Positions 60,966 to 64,000 of a stretch of DNA of 64,000 bases are shown piece after piece. Within the stretch, counting starts at the first letter, position 1; each line of letters starts with the position of its first letter. A program made the position numbers and the translations under genes. Source of the stretch: Piromyces finnis finn (lineage: Eukaryota; Fungi; Neocallimastigomycota); contig MCFH01000025.1 in the NCBI GenBank assembly GCA_002104945.1, positions 682,001 to 746,000 on the forward strand. The letters are read 5' to 3'. The notes under the pieces are model-generated. The model did no database searches. It was given only the letters and a program-made list of their open reading frames with translations, and was not told where the DNA came from.

Positions 60966-61319
60966 TCATTTGTTTTTGTATGATCTATTGTTTTTGAGCT
61001 TATCAATGAATTTCCAAGATATTTTACTAGAGATTGGGAGTTTTTCAGAAAGTGAGTGTATAAGTAACATGGCTTTAAGCGGACGTTTTCCATTGACTTT
61101 AAGAATGAAATAGATACCGAGTGATTGTGAATATTTTTTGGTGAGGGATTGAAGAATATCATTGAAAGGTTGAATGTCCTTTAAAAGAAATTCCATTAGT
61201 CGTTGTTTTGACCATGAACTAAGATCATGGATAAAAATTAGATATGATTTATTGGAGTTAGATCCGAAGAAACGAAGACCACGTCGTAAGGTAGGTACAG
61301 TACAATTGGTATTGTTCAT
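60966..61319 (-). CDS. LINE ORF1, short (117 aa), possibly RRM-like
   Basis: ATG in aaaATG context, directly upstream of and in frame with ORF2. YLIFIHDLSSWSKQRLMEFL resembles RRM beta1-alpha1 (weak inference). Confidence 0.6.
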   Translation of the reverse strand: MNNTNCTVPTLRRGLRFFGSNSNKSYLIFIHDLSSWSKQRLMEFLLKDIQPFNDILQSLTKKYSQSLGIYFILKVNGKRPLKAMLLIHSLSEKLPISSKISWKFIDKLKNNRSYKNK

Positions 61320-62605
61320 TTTGAAAGAACTTATTATGACAATAGATATTAATAGTTTGAAGTATTGATATAATGATATAAATAAGATAATGAAATAAAA
61401 TATATAGTAAAATAAAAATAATAATAGTAAAGACGGATATAATATATAGCAAGTGGATTATTTGTCAAACAATATTTTAAATTTATAACTGGAAAAGTGG
61501 CTAAGTTGTTGACAAACTTAGTTCTAACTCTACTGAAGACTTTAAACGGAAAGATAAATTTTGAATATCTATCACTTTGGATTTCTGTATTATAACTGTA
61601 TTTTGAAAGCTCTTTATATTAATAAGAATTGTATAATTTATTGGATGATAATTGTATTGTGTTGATTCTGATTGTTGAAATTGAACATTCATATAGGTTG
61701 TTTATGTTGTAAGGTAGAGAGATAATAAGAGTGAAAAGTTGTTATATCAAAAATAATGGAAAAAAGTTGAAGAATTTTGGGTAAACATAATAAAATTTTT
61801 TTTTTTTTTTTTTTTTAAAGATAAAATTGAAACAAGAGTAGTATTTACAATATAAAAATAGAATACTCGATTTTCCAGGATAGAAGCTTTGATAATAGAA
61901 ATGTTAAAGAAAAAAAGGTGTTAATACTTACCATAATAGTCCATAATAAACCTACTTAAGTTATACAGATATATAAATATACATATAATATAAAGTATAA
62001 GAAATATATATATATAGAAAAGAGATAGAAAAAGTATACAAAAGAATGTTAGTAGAAAAGAGATTCCTTGGAAAATCTAGAGTTACAAAAAAATAAGAAA
62101 TAAAAAAAGATATTACTAGAATCATATAAAATCATAAAGGAAAAATAAAAAAGCCGCGCCCCTCGAAAATAATAAAAATAGAAAAAATAAAAGATTAAAT
62201 ATGATTATAGTAATGAAAGCTGCACCCCACACGAAACTCAAGAATAAATGAAAGGAATAACCAACTAACTGAAAAAACAAAACTATCTGACTAATCAGCA
62301 TATAAAGAATAAAAAAGGAATAAAAGAACAAAGAGAATAAGTAGTAAACTGGGATAACAAATTATCGATGAAAGCTAAAATAAAAATGAAATCAAGAAAT
62401 ATTCAAAATCAGTATTTAATACTACCGAATCAAACAATTTTAAGTTTAAAATAATATGTTATAAAAGTTGTTAAAGCAACTACTATCTAGAAAATAAGTT
62501 GAAGGTGTAAGGGATATATGATATAACAACTAACACTCAAATTATCAACTCTGTTCGCTCAGTACCATGAGCATAGTCCTAATAATATTTCCAAATAAAG
62601 ACTAA

Positions 62606-62851
62606 CCAAGTATCCATTGCGCAATACTTGGATTTAATTCTTTCTACTCTCTCAGTACCATGAGCATGAGTAGACCCTCTTGAGAAACTACATTTATTAA
62701 ATAAATGAAGGCACGTACCCAAGAGGGCACCAAGCATCCATTGCGCAATACTTGGATTTAATTCTTTCTACTCTCTCAGTACCATGAGCATGAGTAGACC
62801 CCCTTGAGAAACTACATTTATTAAATAAATGAAGGCACGTTCCCAAGAGGG
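62606..62851 (-). repeat. Tandem 122-bp structured modules at the LINE 5' end
   Basis: Copies at 62606-62727 and 62730-62851 with 3 substitutions. A partial third copy (ctcagtaccatgagcat) lies at ~62558-62574. Confidence 0.92.
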
Positions 62852-62868
62852 TATTATTATAAAATAGA

Positions 62869-64000
62869 TTTTTTTTTTTTTTTTTTTTTTTTTAACGGCA
62901 TCAAATATTTTAAACTTTATTATTAATTTAATTAAAATTATAATACATGTAATATAAAAATTAAAATAAAATAAAAATAAAAAAAATATGTTTAAATAAA
63001 CACAAATGAATAAAAATTGGGTATAATGTATTCTAGTAATTTTAATTAAAGTAAGAAAGCCACTATCATACTAAAGTATAATAATTGTATTTGACTTCCA
63101 ATGGGACACCGAGCCAAAGATCAAAATTTTATCATGGGACAAAATTATGATCTCCATTGGTTGCGCTGGCCCTCCTGGCCTGTCTTACTGTTTCTTCAGC
63201 ATTGACGCTCTTGGATGTTGCTTCAAACCTTTTGAACATTGACCATTGCTGGCCAATAGCAAAAGGCATGATTTTGGTTAGAAGTTCCGCGGTTACCGTC
63301 AAGAATGGTGTTCCTTCATTAGTACCAGATTGAATCTGACGCTTACAAAGTTCTTTCCATTCCCTTGAATTGTAATTGATATTGTTAAAACTTCTTCCCC
63401 CAAGAAGGAATTTAAATATTTTACTGCACACACTAGAATAATCATACACATTAATATTCACCGGATTATTAGAACTATTACTATCATTAACTAAATTACT
63501 ATCTAAATTAGAATTATTATCTTCACTATTGCTATCATTACTAATATTATTATTTCTATTACTACTATTGTTATTATTACTATTGTTACTATTACTATTG
63601 TTATTATTACTATTGTTACTATTACTATTAATATTATTACTATCTCTACTGATATTATCAATTTCATTATTATTGATAGGACTATTGGAATTACGTTGAC
63701 TGAAAAAATTTAATAGCTGGACTATGGAATCATAATGTTTAATACGGATATCTCTAAATGTTGGACAATCTAATAACCAATGTTTAATACTTTGATCTCC
63801 ACACTTGCAACATGGACAGTAGTTAGGACAAACTGGATCAACAAATTTAGCAGCTTTGGCAACTCTAGCATCCAACTTGTATCCGCTTCTTGCTTTCAAT
63901 AGCCAGTAGAAGCCATAGGCAAACTCTGGGTACTCATAACATAATTTAATAAAATCTTTAGTATCAATAAACTTATTATCATCATAATATTGCGCTTTGA
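62869..64000 (-). mobile_element. 3' part of a second, related LINE (runs off the window)
   Basis: 25-nt poly(T) at 62869-62893, AT-rich 3' UTR, and an ORF ending at 63132 that stays open to the window edge. It contains CPCCKCGDQSIKHWLLDC, homologous to the LINE 1 C-terminus, plus an Asn/Ser-rich insert. Confidence 0.9.

Larger units (their letters stand above)
56921..62851 (-). mobile_element. Full-length non-LTR retrotransposon (LINE 1; APE-RT-CCHC)
   Basis: 46-nt poly(T) (= poly(A) tail) at 56921-56966. 13-bp TSD TATTATTATAAAA at 56908-56920 and 62852-62864. ~1.5-kb 5' UTR, short ORF1, long ORF2. Confidence 0.93.

Noticed and set aside
62606-62851. Hammerhead or HDV ribozyme call; CRISPR-like array
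   Set aside because: No CUGANGA/GAAA core or HDV P1-P4 nested pseudoknot could be fitted. The repeats are contiguous with no unique spacers, and the context is eukaryotic.

Overview
Extremely AT-rich, intron-containing eukaryotic genomic DNA. It is most consistent with an anaerobic gut fungus (Neocallimastigomycota); this is inferred from composition, a pectin-lyase-like/EGF/7TM receptor and an intronless bacterial-type gene. The left half carries host genes: spliced CGR1, a DEK protein with an HMG-box-like insert, hexokinase, tRNA-Pro(AGG), the receptor, an AH/BAR-like protein, a DUF6544-like gene and tRNA-Trp(CCA). The main result is that both tRNA genes have LTR retroelements inserted 13-18 bp upstream. 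tRNA-Pro has a dimeric non-coding TRIM. tRNA-Trp has a ~21-kb serial stack (solo LTR, three intact Ty3/gypsy elements from different lineages, a probable second solo LTR) that collapses to a ~10-bp target window when target-site duplications (TSDs) are removed. Two stacked elements have Tf1-type 11-nt self-priming sites. The third is tRNA-Ala-primed with a UUUAAAC + hairpin -1 frameshift. A full-length LINE follows, with ORF1 and ORF2 joined in frame across one UGA and tandem structured 5' modules, then a second LINE inserted 4 bp away. All coordinates and alignments were read by eye; no searches were run.
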